Shown in pieces: positions 1-7,442 of a stretch of DNA of 37,207 nucleotides (positions are counted from its first letter, which is position 1; the number at the start of each line of letters is the position of its first letter). The translations under genes were made by a program, and so were the position numbers. This DNA is from a virus, in the IMG/VR virus record IMGVR_UViG_3300045988_171829. One strand, 5' to 3'. The notes beneath the pieces are model-generated. The model worked only from the letters and a program-made list of their open reading frames with translations, was not told where the DNA came from and did not search any database.

Positions 1-99
1 CTTTTTTTTGTATGCAATATCCCCCCCTCACCTAAAAGTATAAAAAAGTTGTTTTGTCCTCCCTCTTATACCGTTCTCTCCTAGTCAAAAGTTTTTTGA
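1..99. repeat. 99-bp terminal segment identical to 37109-37207 (circular-assembly overlap or terminal redundancy)
   Basis: Direct comparison: CTTTTTTTTGTATGCAATATCCCCCCCTCACC...AGTTTTTTGA is present at both window ends. Confidence 0.95.
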
Positions 100-119
100 T
101 TTTTTTGACCCGGGGGTAT

Positions 120-443
120 CTACCATCTTTCTTCATTCAATGGAATTTTCTTTTTATATTTAAAATGTTTTTCAGGATGTAGTATATTATGGCATTCATT
201 GCATACAGCCATTAGATTGCTCTTGGTTAATGCTAACTCTGGATGCTTCTTAAGATGTTTTATATGATGAGCTGTAGTAGCTATACCAACCTCGCCCTTG
301 CTCTTGCATATCTGACACTCATTATTGGCTTCGTCCAATACTTCTCTTCTTAGCTTCTTCCATAAACCTGATACATAGAAAGCATGAATATTATTATCTC
401 TTATAAGCTTTGTTATCCAATTTACTAATTCTATTACATCCAT
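120..443 (-). CDS. HNH endonuclease, packaging-associated
   Basis: CQIC...HHIKH...N..AVCNECHNILH is an HNH/zinc-finger motif. It lies immediately upstream (in transcription order) of the cos-like region and TerS, as in HNH-dependent cos phages. Confidence 0.85.
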   Translation of the reverse strand: MDVIELVNWITKLIRDNNIHAFYVSGLWKKLRREVLDEANNECQICKSKGEVGIATTAHHIKHLKKHPELALTKSNLMAVCNECHNILHPEKHFKYKKKIPLNEERW

Positions 444-462
444 AAATTACTCCAAAATAAAA

Positions 463-486
463 TAAGACCAGCATTTGCTAGTCTTA
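463..486 (-). terminator. Intrinsic terminator of the glycine-zipper gene
   Basis: TAAGACCAGC-ATTT-GCTAGTCTTA hairpin (9/10 bp) overlaps the stop codon and is followed on the minus strand by TTTTATTTT. Confidence 0.5.
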
Positions 487-969
487 AAGATATATTGATT
501 CTTCTCTTGAACCCATATTTATTTTATTCCTTACATGAGATATAAGCTTATCCCATGAACCAATTGTTTCTGTAACTTCAAATGATAAAACTTTTGTTTC
601 ACCATCCCTTGATTTATAGTTAATAATCATATAATAGCTAGTCTTCTTCTGTTGTTTATTACCTACTCCAGACATTCCGCCTACTATAGCTCCTAAAGGT
701 CCTAATAATACTCCTCCTATAGCAGCTCTTCCAACTACACTTTTACTTTTCTCTATAATTTCTTTTTCTGTTGTGCAAGTTATTCCTGTTATTTGTTCAT
801 ATTTAAGATTAACTTCAGGTGTATTACTAAATTTCCCTTTAATAACTAACTTATCATTACTATCATCAGCTGTTATGTTCACTAATAATCCCTTTGTAAA
901 TCCTTCTAATCCATCTACAAAAGAAAAATTTGCAGATAAAGCCTTATTTTTTTTACTGAATAATCCCAT
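484..969 (-). CDS. Hypothetical protein with a central glycine-zipper hydrophobic segment (moron-like cassette)
   Basis: 161-aa ORF with GGAGG RBS 6 nt upstream. GRAAIGGVLLGPLGAIVGGMSGVG is embedded between two beta-rich soluble halves. It has its own upstream 190-nt intergenic region and its own terminator. Confidence 0.6.
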   Translation of the reverse strand: MGLFSKKNKALSANFSFVDGLEGFTKGLLVNITADDSNDKLVIKGKFSNTPEVNLKYEQITGITCTTEKEIIEKSKSVVGRAAIGGVLLGPLGAIVGGMSGVGNKQQKKTSYYMIINYKSRDGETKVLSFEVTETIGSWDKLISHVRNKINMGSREESIYL

Positions 970-1158
970 AAAATTCCTCCAAATATTTTATATCTCTAAA
1001 ATATCAAATATTTCAAGAATAATCAACTTAATTCATATTGTGTTAACTTTCTAAAACTCTATTAAATGCTTTTATTTTTCTTACTTTAAAGTACTTTCTA
1101 TTTTTATATAATTAACGTTACCTCAATATGTTTACTATTACTCTAAATAAAAAGATTT

Positions 1159-1701
1159 TTAGATCCTAAAATCTCTTCTTGCTTTATTCATTGTATCTTG
1201 TGTTATTCCAATATACTTTAAAGTAATACTTTCTTTAGAATGATTAAACATCTGCATTAAAGTTGCTATATCTCCAGTCTGTTTATAGTAATGAAAACCA
1301 AATGTTTTTCTTAATGTATGTGTTCCTAGGTTTTCTACTCCAAATCTTTCACCTATATTTTTCATGATCTTCCATGCTTGTTCTCTTCCTATAGGCTTAT
1401 TTATATTACTTTTTCTAAATAGATACTCTTCATCATCCATTTCTAAACAATACTCTTTATATACTGTTCTTAATATTGGACTAATCTCTATTATATTTCT
1501 TTTTTCAGTTTTCTTTTCTCTAATATCGATGTACTTCTTATTTTTAACATCTTTAACTTTAAGTTTTAAAATATCTGATATTCTTAACCCTGTATATGTC
1601 CCAGTCATTACTAAAGCGTAATTTCTCATATTTTCTCTTTTTAAAGTGGCTTGAATATCATGAAATACATCTGCATCTCTGATGGGTTCAACAAAATTCA
1701 T
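1159..1701 (-). CDS. Short tyrosine recombinase (catalytic domain only, 180 aa)
   Basis: Arg in TGLRISD, HTLRKTF (H-x-x-R), NHS...TLKYIGI (His and Tyr nucleophile). There is no N-terminal core-binding domain. Confidence 0.8.
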   Translation of the reverse strand: MNFVEPIRDADVFHDIQATLKRENMRNYALVMTGTYTGLRISDILKLKVKDVKNKKYIDIREKKTEKRNIIEISPILRTVYKEYCLEMDDEEYLFRKSNINKPIGREQAWKIMKNIGERFGVENLGTHTLRKTFGFHYYKQTGDIATLMQMFNHSKESITLKYIGITQDTMNKARRDFRI

Positions 1702-1862
1702 TGCCTCACCTGCCTTATAGCTCCACCAGTTCTTCTATAAGAACTATGTCTCATTAACTCCTCACAATCTCTTTCAGTAAGCTTTTCTTTAGAGTGTTTT
1801 TTAGGTTTAAGCTTACTATAAGTATCTGGCTGAGTCCTTTTTACTATATCTTTTATTTTCAC
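1698..1862 (-). CDS. Small hypothetical protein coupled to the short recombinase (ATGA overlap)
   Basis: The track ORF starts at a TTG (1913) inside a hairpin. The in-frame GTG at 1862 follows GAAGGTGAGAG. The 4-nt stop/start overlap with the downstream gene suggests coupling. Confidence 0.4.
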   Translation of the reverse strand: MKIKDIVKRTQPDTYSKLKPKKHSKEKLTERDCEELMRHSSYRRTGGAIRQVRQ

Positions 1863-1889
1863 ACTCTCACCTTCTTCTTTACAAAAATA

Positions 1890-1920
1890 AAAGCACTTAA
1901 GAATTACTCTCAAGTGCTTT
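1890..1920 (-). terminator. Hairpin between the ArpU-like gene and the downstream late-proximal genes (possible terminator/attenuator)
   Basis: AAAGCACTT (1890-1898) pairs with AAGTGCTTT (1912-1920) around a 13-nt loop. T-rich tracts flank it on both strands. Confidence 0.35.
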
Positions 1921-2019
1921 TTTTATTGAAAGGGGATTTTTATTTAATTTTACATTTATAACATCTTACATTTATTGTATTATAAGTTCTTTCTGATTTC
2001 CACTTTTTTGTTTTGTTTT

Positions 2020-2041
2020 TGTCTTTATTTTGTCTTTATTT
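2020..2041. repeat. Tandem 11-bp repeat TGTCTTTATTT x2 just downstream of the ArpU-like gene
   Basis: Exact tandem copies at 2020-2030 and 2031-2041. A second pair, TTACATTTAT, lies at 1950-1959 and 1966-1975. Confidence 0.8.
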
Positions 2042-2051
2042 TTTCTTTTTT

Positions 2052-2432
2052 TTACAAATACCCCAAAGAAATTGCAATTTTTCTTAATGAATCATTCTTA
2101 ATCTTATAAAATTTTGCCTTACTCATGCACATATTAAAGATTATTTGCTGATTGGTATAAGTATTTCTAAAATAACATTCTTCAACTATTTCTTTCTCTG
2201 TTATATCTAATAATTCTAAAGCTCTTGTAATTTTATCAACTTTCTTTTTATTGTATTCCTCATCAATTACACAACTCTCAACAAAACTCCCTTTCATTGT
2301 ACTAGGATGCTTAACATCTTTAACAATTTCATAATTAGTAGGATAACCAAGTCCTCCAGCATCTACTGCAATTAATAAAAATGGATATTCTCTTAAATCA
2401 TTTTCTACTCTCTTTTTTATGTTTATGTTCAT
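2052..2432 (-). CDS. ArpU/RinA-family phage late transcriptional regulator (sigma region-4-like)
   Basis: 126 aa. N-terminal LREYPFL motif and C-terminal HTH (SKAKFYKIKNDSLRKIAISLGYL). Positioned at the end of the early operon before the packaging genes. Confidence 0.7.
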   Translation of the reverse strand: MNINIKKRVENDLREYPFLLIAVDAGGLGYPTNYEIVKDVKHPSTMKGSFVESCVIDEEYNKKKVDKITRALELLDITEKEIVEECYFRNTYTNQQIIFNMCMSKAKFYKIKNDSLRKIAISLGYL

Positions 2433-2548
2433 TTCATCACCTCATGTTTTTTTGATATTTTTACACATATAATCAACTGTAAAATTGTTATTATTATATC
2501 TACTATAAAGAATATTAATATCAACTTGTCCATTCTCTATCCTTTCTT

Positions 2549-3610
2549 TTATGACACTAATTTTCTATATGAATATTCAACATCTGTTTGTGCTACTTTT
2601 GCATATACACGTAATGTAAGACCAACATCATTATGACCTAAAATTTGCTGGATTACCTCTGGTTTCATACCGCTTCTTAAAGCAAATGTTGCAAAAGTAT
2701 GCCTTAGTGTATGTGGAGTGATTCTCATTTCTATATTGGCCATTTTCTGCATCTTATCCACTATAACTTGATAACCTCTATTATTTAATTTCTTATATAG
2801 CTCTGTATTGATTGATTTTTTCTTTGGTGCCTTTGAAGAACAAAATAAATATTCGCTGATTATTCCTTGCTCCTCACGTTCTCTAAGATAATTAAGTATT
2901 GACCTTTTACATCTTTCTGTAAAATATACTCTTCTTTCCTTATTTCCCTTTCCTATAACTAATAAAGTCTTATGTGTCATATCTAAATCGCTTACCTTAA
3001 CATTACCAACTTCAGCTACTCTACAACCAGTTGATAAGAAAAATTCTAATATTGCTCTATCTCTTCTACTAAGCATACAATCTCTTAACATTTCAACTTG
3101 TTCCTCATTAAGTGGCTTTTTCTCTCTTTTAGGTTCCTTAACTGGCTTTATTGAAGAACATGGATTCTTAATTATAAATTCTTCATTTTGAAGCCATGCA
3201 AAGAATAATTTAATAGGTGTCATAAATGTGTTCATTCCAGCAGCACCCTTGGTACTACTTTCTGCATACATGAACATTTTAATGTCAGCACTTGTAATCA
3301 TAGATACTGGCTTATTGAAGAATTTGCATAATTTTCTTAAGTTATAGCTATAATTCTTTAAAGTAGCTACTGATAAACCTTCAAGCTTTTTAGTCGCTAG
3401 GAAATAGTTTACCTTATCCTCAAGATCACTTGTCACTAATGCTGTTTCTTTTGTAGTAACCTCATACCCATATAAAACTTCTTCTACTAATCTTTTTATT
3501 TCTAGTTGTCTTGGTAGGTTAACCTCTAGCTCTGGAAACTCCATTGTTAATTTACCTATTAATTTTACAGTTACTTCTTCGTTGCAATTTCTATAATTTA
3601 AGTTCTCCAT
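2549..3610 (-). CDS. XerC/XerD-like tyrosine recombinase (full length, 353 aa)
   Basis: N-terminal SAM-like core-binding region. GCRVAEV (Arg), HTLRHTFAT, LGHNDVGLTLRVYAKV (His, Tyr). Confidence 0.85.
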   Translation of the reverse strand: MENLNYRNCNEEVTVKLIGKLTMEFPELEVNLPRQLEIKRLVEEVLYGYEVTTKETALVTSDLEDKVNYFLATKKLEGLSVATLKNYSYNLRKLCKFFNKPVSMITSADIKMFMYAESSTKGAAGMNTFMTPIKLFFAWLQNEEFIIKNPCSSIKPVKEPKREKKPLNEEQVEMLRDCMLSRRDRAILEFFLSTGCRVAEVGNVKVSDLDMTHKTLLVIGKGNKERRVYFTERCKRSILNYLREREEQGIISEYLFCSSKAPKKKSINTELYKKLNNRGYQVIVDKMQKMANIEMRITPHTLRHTFATFALRSGMKPEVIQQILGHNDVGLTLRVYAKVAQTDVEYSYRKLVS

Positions 3611-3711
3611 GTTCTTCTCCTCCTTATTAATTAATTGAAATCGATTTTCTTATGAGAATAGAAGTATGTAATTATAATTAAATTTACTCCTATTCTCTAT
3701 TTATTTTTGAA

Positions 3712-3897
3712 TTATTCATTATCCAAATTCACTAACTCACGAGCATTTCTTACATTTCTTTTTTCTAGCTTTCTTTTATAGGCATTGGTTCCGTAATATT
3801 TTATTGTTCTTACTTCAACCCCTAAATCCTTTGCTATTTCATATATTGTACCTGTAGAAAGCATCTGTTCCCCCTTATATAAAGCATATATCCCCAT
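3712..3897 (-). CDS. Small HTH-type protein (61 aa)
   Basis: AGGAGG RBS. STGTIYEIAKDLGVEVRTIKYY resembles a helix-turn-helix. Confidence 0.55.
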   Translation of the reverse strand: MGIYALYKGEQMLSTGTIYEIAKDLGVEVRTIKYYGTNAYKRKLEKRNVRNARELVNLDNE

Positions 3898-3909
3898 AAC
3901 AACCTCCTA

Positions 3910-3928
3910 TTTTTGAATTATTCACTAC
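3910..3928. repeat. 19-bp motif TTTTTGAATTATTCACTAC, copy 2
   Basis: Exact copy of 4150-4168, spaced exactly 240 bp. A 15-nt partial copy lies at 3704-3718 and a degenerate one near 4726-4740. Confidence 0.9.
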
Positions 3929-4116
3929 TTTTTATAAATAGAGCTTATTAAATCCATCTTTTGAAATTCTAATAAATGTTTACCACATAAGCACCTTTTA
4001 GTATCTATTGCAGGTATATAAATATCTGCTACTGCTTTCTTATAACACTTCTTACTGTTACATATCCCTAAAAATCTTTTTATATTTGCAGTTAATCTTA
4101 TATATAAATTTTTCAT
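3925..4116 (-). CDS. Small Cys-rich protein (63 aa)
   Basis: AAGGAGAGG RBS. Cys residues at CNSKKC...CLCGKH suggest a zinc-ribbon-like fold. Confidence 0.5.
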   Translation of the reverse strand: MKNLYIRLTANIKRFLGICNSKKCYKKAVADIYIPAIDTKRCLCGKHLLEFQKMDLISSIYKK

Positions 4117-4149
4117 TTAAACCTCTCCTTTATTTGTAACAAAATCTTC

Positions 4150-4168
4150 TTTTTGAATTATTCACTAC
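4150..4168. repeat. 19-bp motif TTTTTGAATTATTCACTAC, copy 3
   Basis: Exact copy of 3910-3928. Confidence 0.9.
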
Positions 4169-4194
4169 CACTAATTTAAAAAATACGAATTATT

Positions 4195-4347
4195 TTACTC
4201 AATCAAATAATCACTTTTGCCATTAGTGTAGGTATTCCTAAGAACAAGTAAATCTAAATCTTCTTTGCCTTCTTCATAATCAATAATTCCTATAGTTTTT
4301 TCACCGTCTAACTCTTCTAATTTCTTTATTAAATCTTTTATTTTCAT
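4195..4347 (-). CDS. Small hypothetical protein (50 aa, below track cutoff)
   Basis: Hand translation: MKIKDLIKKLEELDGEKTIGIIDYEEGKEDLDLLVLRNTYTNGKSDYLIE. AGGAAG RBS overlaps the stop of the upstream small ORF. Confidence 0.45.
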   Translation of the reverse strand: MKIKDLIKKLEELDGEKTIGIIDYEEGKEDLDLLVLRNTYTNGKSDYLIE

Positions 4348-4355
4348 TAATCTTC

Positions 4356-4517
4356 CTACACTTCAAATTCATTTTCTTTTATACAATTAGGACAAATATC
4401 CCAGCTTTGAAAATAACACTCTTTGCAAGTATCTATATCGTTGCAAAAATCTAATCCATTACTATGATGTTCTAACATTATCTCAAATGCTTTTAATAAT
4501 ATTTCTTTATTATTCAC
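4356..4517 (-). CDS. Small Cys-rich protein (53 aa, GTG start, below track cutoff)
   Basis: GGAGG lies 8 nt before the GTG. Translation: VNNKEILLKAFEIMLEHHSNGLDFCNDIDTCKECYFQSWDICPNCIKENEFEV. Confidence 0.4.
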   Translation of the reverse strand: MNNKEILLKAFEIMLEHHSNGLDFCNDIDTCKECYFQSWDICPNCIKENEFEV

Positions 4518-4736
4518 GCTTCAAACCTCCTAAAATACGAACTTCGCTTGTACTTTTTCTATTTGGTACCAACATTAATGTCTATCGCAATAAGAACAAT
4601 TAACTAAGTATATTTAATAATAAATCGAATTTAAAATTACATCTTTTTATATACCAATCTTGATTTTGTAATAACTTCTTAATTTTATCCCTATTTATTT
4701 CGATTCACTCCTTCACAATATAATCAAATTATTCAC

Positions 4737-5210
4737 TTACTCTCCTATTGCTTTATAAAATTCACTTGCTTTAATTTCTTTAAACCCTTTTGGGTTAGTA
4801 AAATCAAATTCAGATTCATAAGTGCAGTAAATAGTATCACCAACATTAAATAATCTTGACCAACTTCTACCATAAGCATTAAAGTAAGTTCCAACAAAAG
4901 GTTTGTGCAATATTTTAATATTATTATCACTAACAAATTTAATCCATCTTTTAGCTATATCACTATTTAATTTAAATTGTCTTAATCCATTTTCTAATTG
5001 TTTATTTAATACTTTATTAAAAGATTCTAAGTCTTCATCAGTAGGAATTATATATATTTTTTCAGCATTAACATGATATTCATTTGCTGTTATTCCTTCT
5101 TGTTTCATAAACTTTTTTACAAACTCATTAACTTCTTTTCTATTATTTACATATCCTAAATATTCTTTGTTTAAATCAGATTCTTCAGTTACTATATAAA
5201 ACTTCTCCAT
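4737..5210 (-). CDS. Hypothetical early protein (157 aa)
   Basis: Long ORF with AGGAGTGA RBS. No motif recognised. Confidence 0.6.
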   Translation of the reverse strand: MEKFYIVTEESDLNKEYLGYVNNRKEVNEFVKKFMKQEGITANEYHVNAEKIYIIPTDEDLESFNKVLNKQLENGLRQFKLNSDIAKRWIKFVSDNNIKILHKPFVGTYFNAYGRSWSRLFNVGDTIYCTYESEFDFTNPKGFKEIKASEFYKAIGE

Positions 5211-5235
5211 AAAATCACTCCTAATTTCATTATTC

Positions 5236-6162
5236 TTATGCTTTAAATCCTTCTATTAAATTAACATTTAATCTAGTAAGCTTCTTTTGAATAGCATGTT
5301 TACTTCTATCTAATTCAAGTGCTAATTCATTAATAGTTTTAATATCCTTATATTTAAATAGATACTTCTCTTCTGCTATGCTCCAAGGTTTATTCCTTGA
5401 GTTACATTTTTCTTTATAATTCAATAAATCAATTCTTTCCTCTATAATATCTTCATTTTTCTTTAAAATTTTTGAAATTTGCTTTTTAGAATATCCATTA
5501 TTATATAACTCTATAAACTCTTTATTTTCCTTACTGCTCCAAACTACTTCATTTATTTTTTTCTCACGTTTTGGTATTGGTCTATATGGAATGCCTAACT
5601 TAGATATCTTTTTTAAAATAGCTTCTTCTGTTCTGTTGAATTCTTGTGATAGCTCTTTACATGTATATCTATAACTTTTTAACTTAGCTAATAATAACTT
5701 TTCTTCTTCTATTGTCCATAATTTATTCTTATTAAGTTTTTTAAGATCTGTTTTATCATGTTTTCTTTTTTCCTTAACCCATTTTGGTTCTAATCCTAAA
5801 CTATTTTCTTCAAAATTTCTAAAGTTTAAAATTTCTTGATTTTCTTTAGCCCACTTCCAAAATTCATTAATATCTACAACTCTAAAACTTCTATTATTTA
5901 CTTTCTTTCTCTGAATAGGACACCCATATTTGGTGAATTGTTTAATCATCCATGTATACGAGCTATACCCTAAATTTTTAATAATTAAATTTATAGTTAC
6001 TTTTCCACCAGAATATAAATGTTGATCTAAACCTATTCTTTTAGCTTTTACCTTTATTCCACCAACTGGTCTTTTTAATTCTTTCGCTATTCCAGGAATA
6101 CTTACAACTCCCCATTTATCTTCTAAAAATTCTAATTCTTCGTTACTCCATCTTCTCCCCAT
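5236..6162 (-). CDS. DNA-binding protein with four Myb/SANT-like repeats
   Basis: Four W-x-x-E-E...L repeats: RRWSNEELEFL, KLWTIEEEKLL, VVWSSKENKEF, KPWSIAEEKYL. Each is followed by an HTH-like segment ending in K(K/R)(I/L)..L(G/N). Confidence 0.6.
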   Translation of the reverse strand: MGRRWSNEELEFLEDKWGVVSIPGIAKELKRPVGGIKVKAKRIGLDQHLYSGGKVTINLIIKNLGYSSYTWMIKQFTKYGCPIQRKKVNNRSFRVVDINEFWKWAKENQEILNFRNFEENSLGLEPKWVKEKRKHDKTDLKKLNKNKLWTIEEEKLLLAKLKSYRYTCKELSQEFNRTEEAILKKISKLGIPYRPIPKREKKINEVVWSSKENKEFIELYNNGYSKKQISKILKKNEDIIEERIDLLNYKEKCNSRNKPWSIAEEKYLFKYKDIKTINELALELDRSKHAIQKKLTRLNVNLIEGFKA

Positions 6163-6219
6163 CTTTACACCTCCTACAACTCAGTAGTTGCATAAAAGCA
6201 ACTACTGATATCCTAATTA

Positions 6220-6633
6220 TTAAAATGGCATATCCCCATCATCTACTGGAGTCATATCTCCAAATCCCATTTCTGAATTATCTGCTGATTGGCTCCATGT
6301 TCCTGCATTATCTGAATTACTACTATTGCTATTACCTATAAATTCAAATCCATCTAATACAACATCAGTGGTATATCTTTTTTCTCCTGAATTACTTTCA
6401 TATGAACCAGTTCTAATGCTTCCAGTAACAGCTACTTGTCTACCTTTTAAAACATATTGAGCTATAGTTTCTCCTATCTTCCCAAATGCTACACAATTAA
6501 TGAAATCTGCTTCATCTTTCTTAAATGCTCTTTGTACTGCTAATGTAAATCTGCATACTGCAGTTCCTGTTCCTGGTGCATATCTTAATTCTGGACTTTT
6601 AGTTGTTCTTCCAATAAGTGTTACTTTATTCAT
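6220..6633 (-). CDS. ssb: Single-stranded DNA-binding protein
   Basis: OB-fold N-terminus MNKVTLIGRTTKSPELRY. Gly/Ser/Asn-rich linker and acidic tail DDGDMPF. Confidence 0.95.
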   Translation of the reverse strand: MNKVTLIGRTTKSPELRYAPGTGTAVCRFTLAVQRAFKKDEADFINCVAFGKIGETIAQYVLKGRQVAVTGSIRTGSYESNSGEKRYTTDVVLDGFEFIGNSNSSNSDNAGTWSQSADNSEMGFGDMTPVDDGDMPF

Positions 6634-6754
6634 TTTTATCTCCTCTTTTCTTGCTTAATAATTTTGCTACTTTATTAATAGCTTCTGTAACAGGTAACCC
6701 TTTAAAATAATAATATTCTGTTAAGTTGCAAAAATCTTTTTCAATAGTTCCCAT
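6626..6754 (-). CDS. Small hypothetical protein (42 aa) coupled between flanking genes
   Basis: TAATG overlap with the upstream gene stop, and its own stop overlaps the ssb ATG. Translation: MGTIEKDFCNLTEYYYFKGLPVTEAINKVAKLLSKKRGDKNE. Confidence 0.4.
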   Translation of the reverse strand: MGTIEKDFCNLTEYYYFKGLPVTEAINKVAKLLSKKRGDKNE

Positions 6755-7092
6755 TACTCCAATATCCTTTTCACTAATTTTTTTCTTACTCTTGGCTTTT
6801 TAGTTTTAAGTAATATTCTTATCAAATGCCACTTTTCTTTGCCAGCAACTGATGTATAAACATAATATTTTTCAATTTTATTTAATCTTTTTAATCCTGA
6901 AATATTTTTTCTTGAATCTAAATCAATATTGGCTAGTTCTACTGCATCAATAAACTTTTCTTCAACATCTTCAACTTCTGGATCATCAAATGGTACTGAA
7001 ATATTTGATTCAAATACAAACTCTTGATTTTGAGTACCTTTAAACTTAAATTTGATTCTCTCTACAACATTGTTAATCATTTTTACTAACAT
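6754..7092 (-). CDS. Hypothetical early protein (112 aa)
   Basis: ORF in operon context. No motif recognised. Confidence 0.55.
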   Translation of the reverse strand: MLVKMINNVVERIKFKFKGTQNQEFVFESNISVPFDDPEVEDVEEKFIDAVELANIDLDSRKNISGLKRLNKIEKYYVYTSVAGKEKWHLIRILLKTKKPRVRKKLVKRILE

Positions 7093-7438
7093 TCTCCCTA
7101 ACCCTCATTTCAATAAACTTTTTGCACTTCCATTGTCTCTCATTTATCAATTTATGGTTATGCTTCCAAAGTTGAAGCTTAAGATCTATTCCTTCCTTTG
7201 CTAACATCATTAATCCAGTTATACATATTTGAATTACATCTAATAGTTCTTGAGCTAATAGGATCCTATGCTTTTTAACCTTTAATCTGTCATTTTTATA
7301 AACTCTAACTTTTTCTATTTCCAATTCACTTTCTTTTACTTCCTGTAACAATAAATTTCTAAACTCTATTAAAGTTAAATCTTTATTGTCTAATCCAAGT
7401 TTCTCTGATTTATCTAATAAATACATCTTTAAATCCAT
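7073..7438 (-). CDS. Possible MazG-like nucleotide pyrophosphohydrolase
   Basis: All-helical 121 aa with an E-x-x-E (EVKESELE) ... E-x-x-D (QELLDV) pattern typical of the MazG/dimeric dUTPase-like fold. Confidence 0.4.
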   Translation of the reverse strand: MDLKMYLLDKSEKLGLDNKDLTLIEFRNLLLQEVKESELEIEKVRVYKNDRLKVKKHRILLAQELLDVIQICITGLMMLAKEGIDLKLQLWKHNHKLINERQWKCKKFIEMRVRENVSKND

Positions 7439-7442
7439 AACC

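Noticed and set aside
773-1054. Plus-strand ORFs antisense to early and late genes (773-1054, 1364-1621, 8098-8286, 8735-9061, 9620-9853, 10487-10861, 17107-17292, 21559-21744, 23982-24308, 24444-24683, 30827-31015, 32819-33157), and the nested minus-strand ORF 4745-4936
   Set aside because: All overlap better-supported genes, lack RBSs and have shadow-frame composition. 9620-9853 additionally overlaps the small membrane ORF found on the minus strand.
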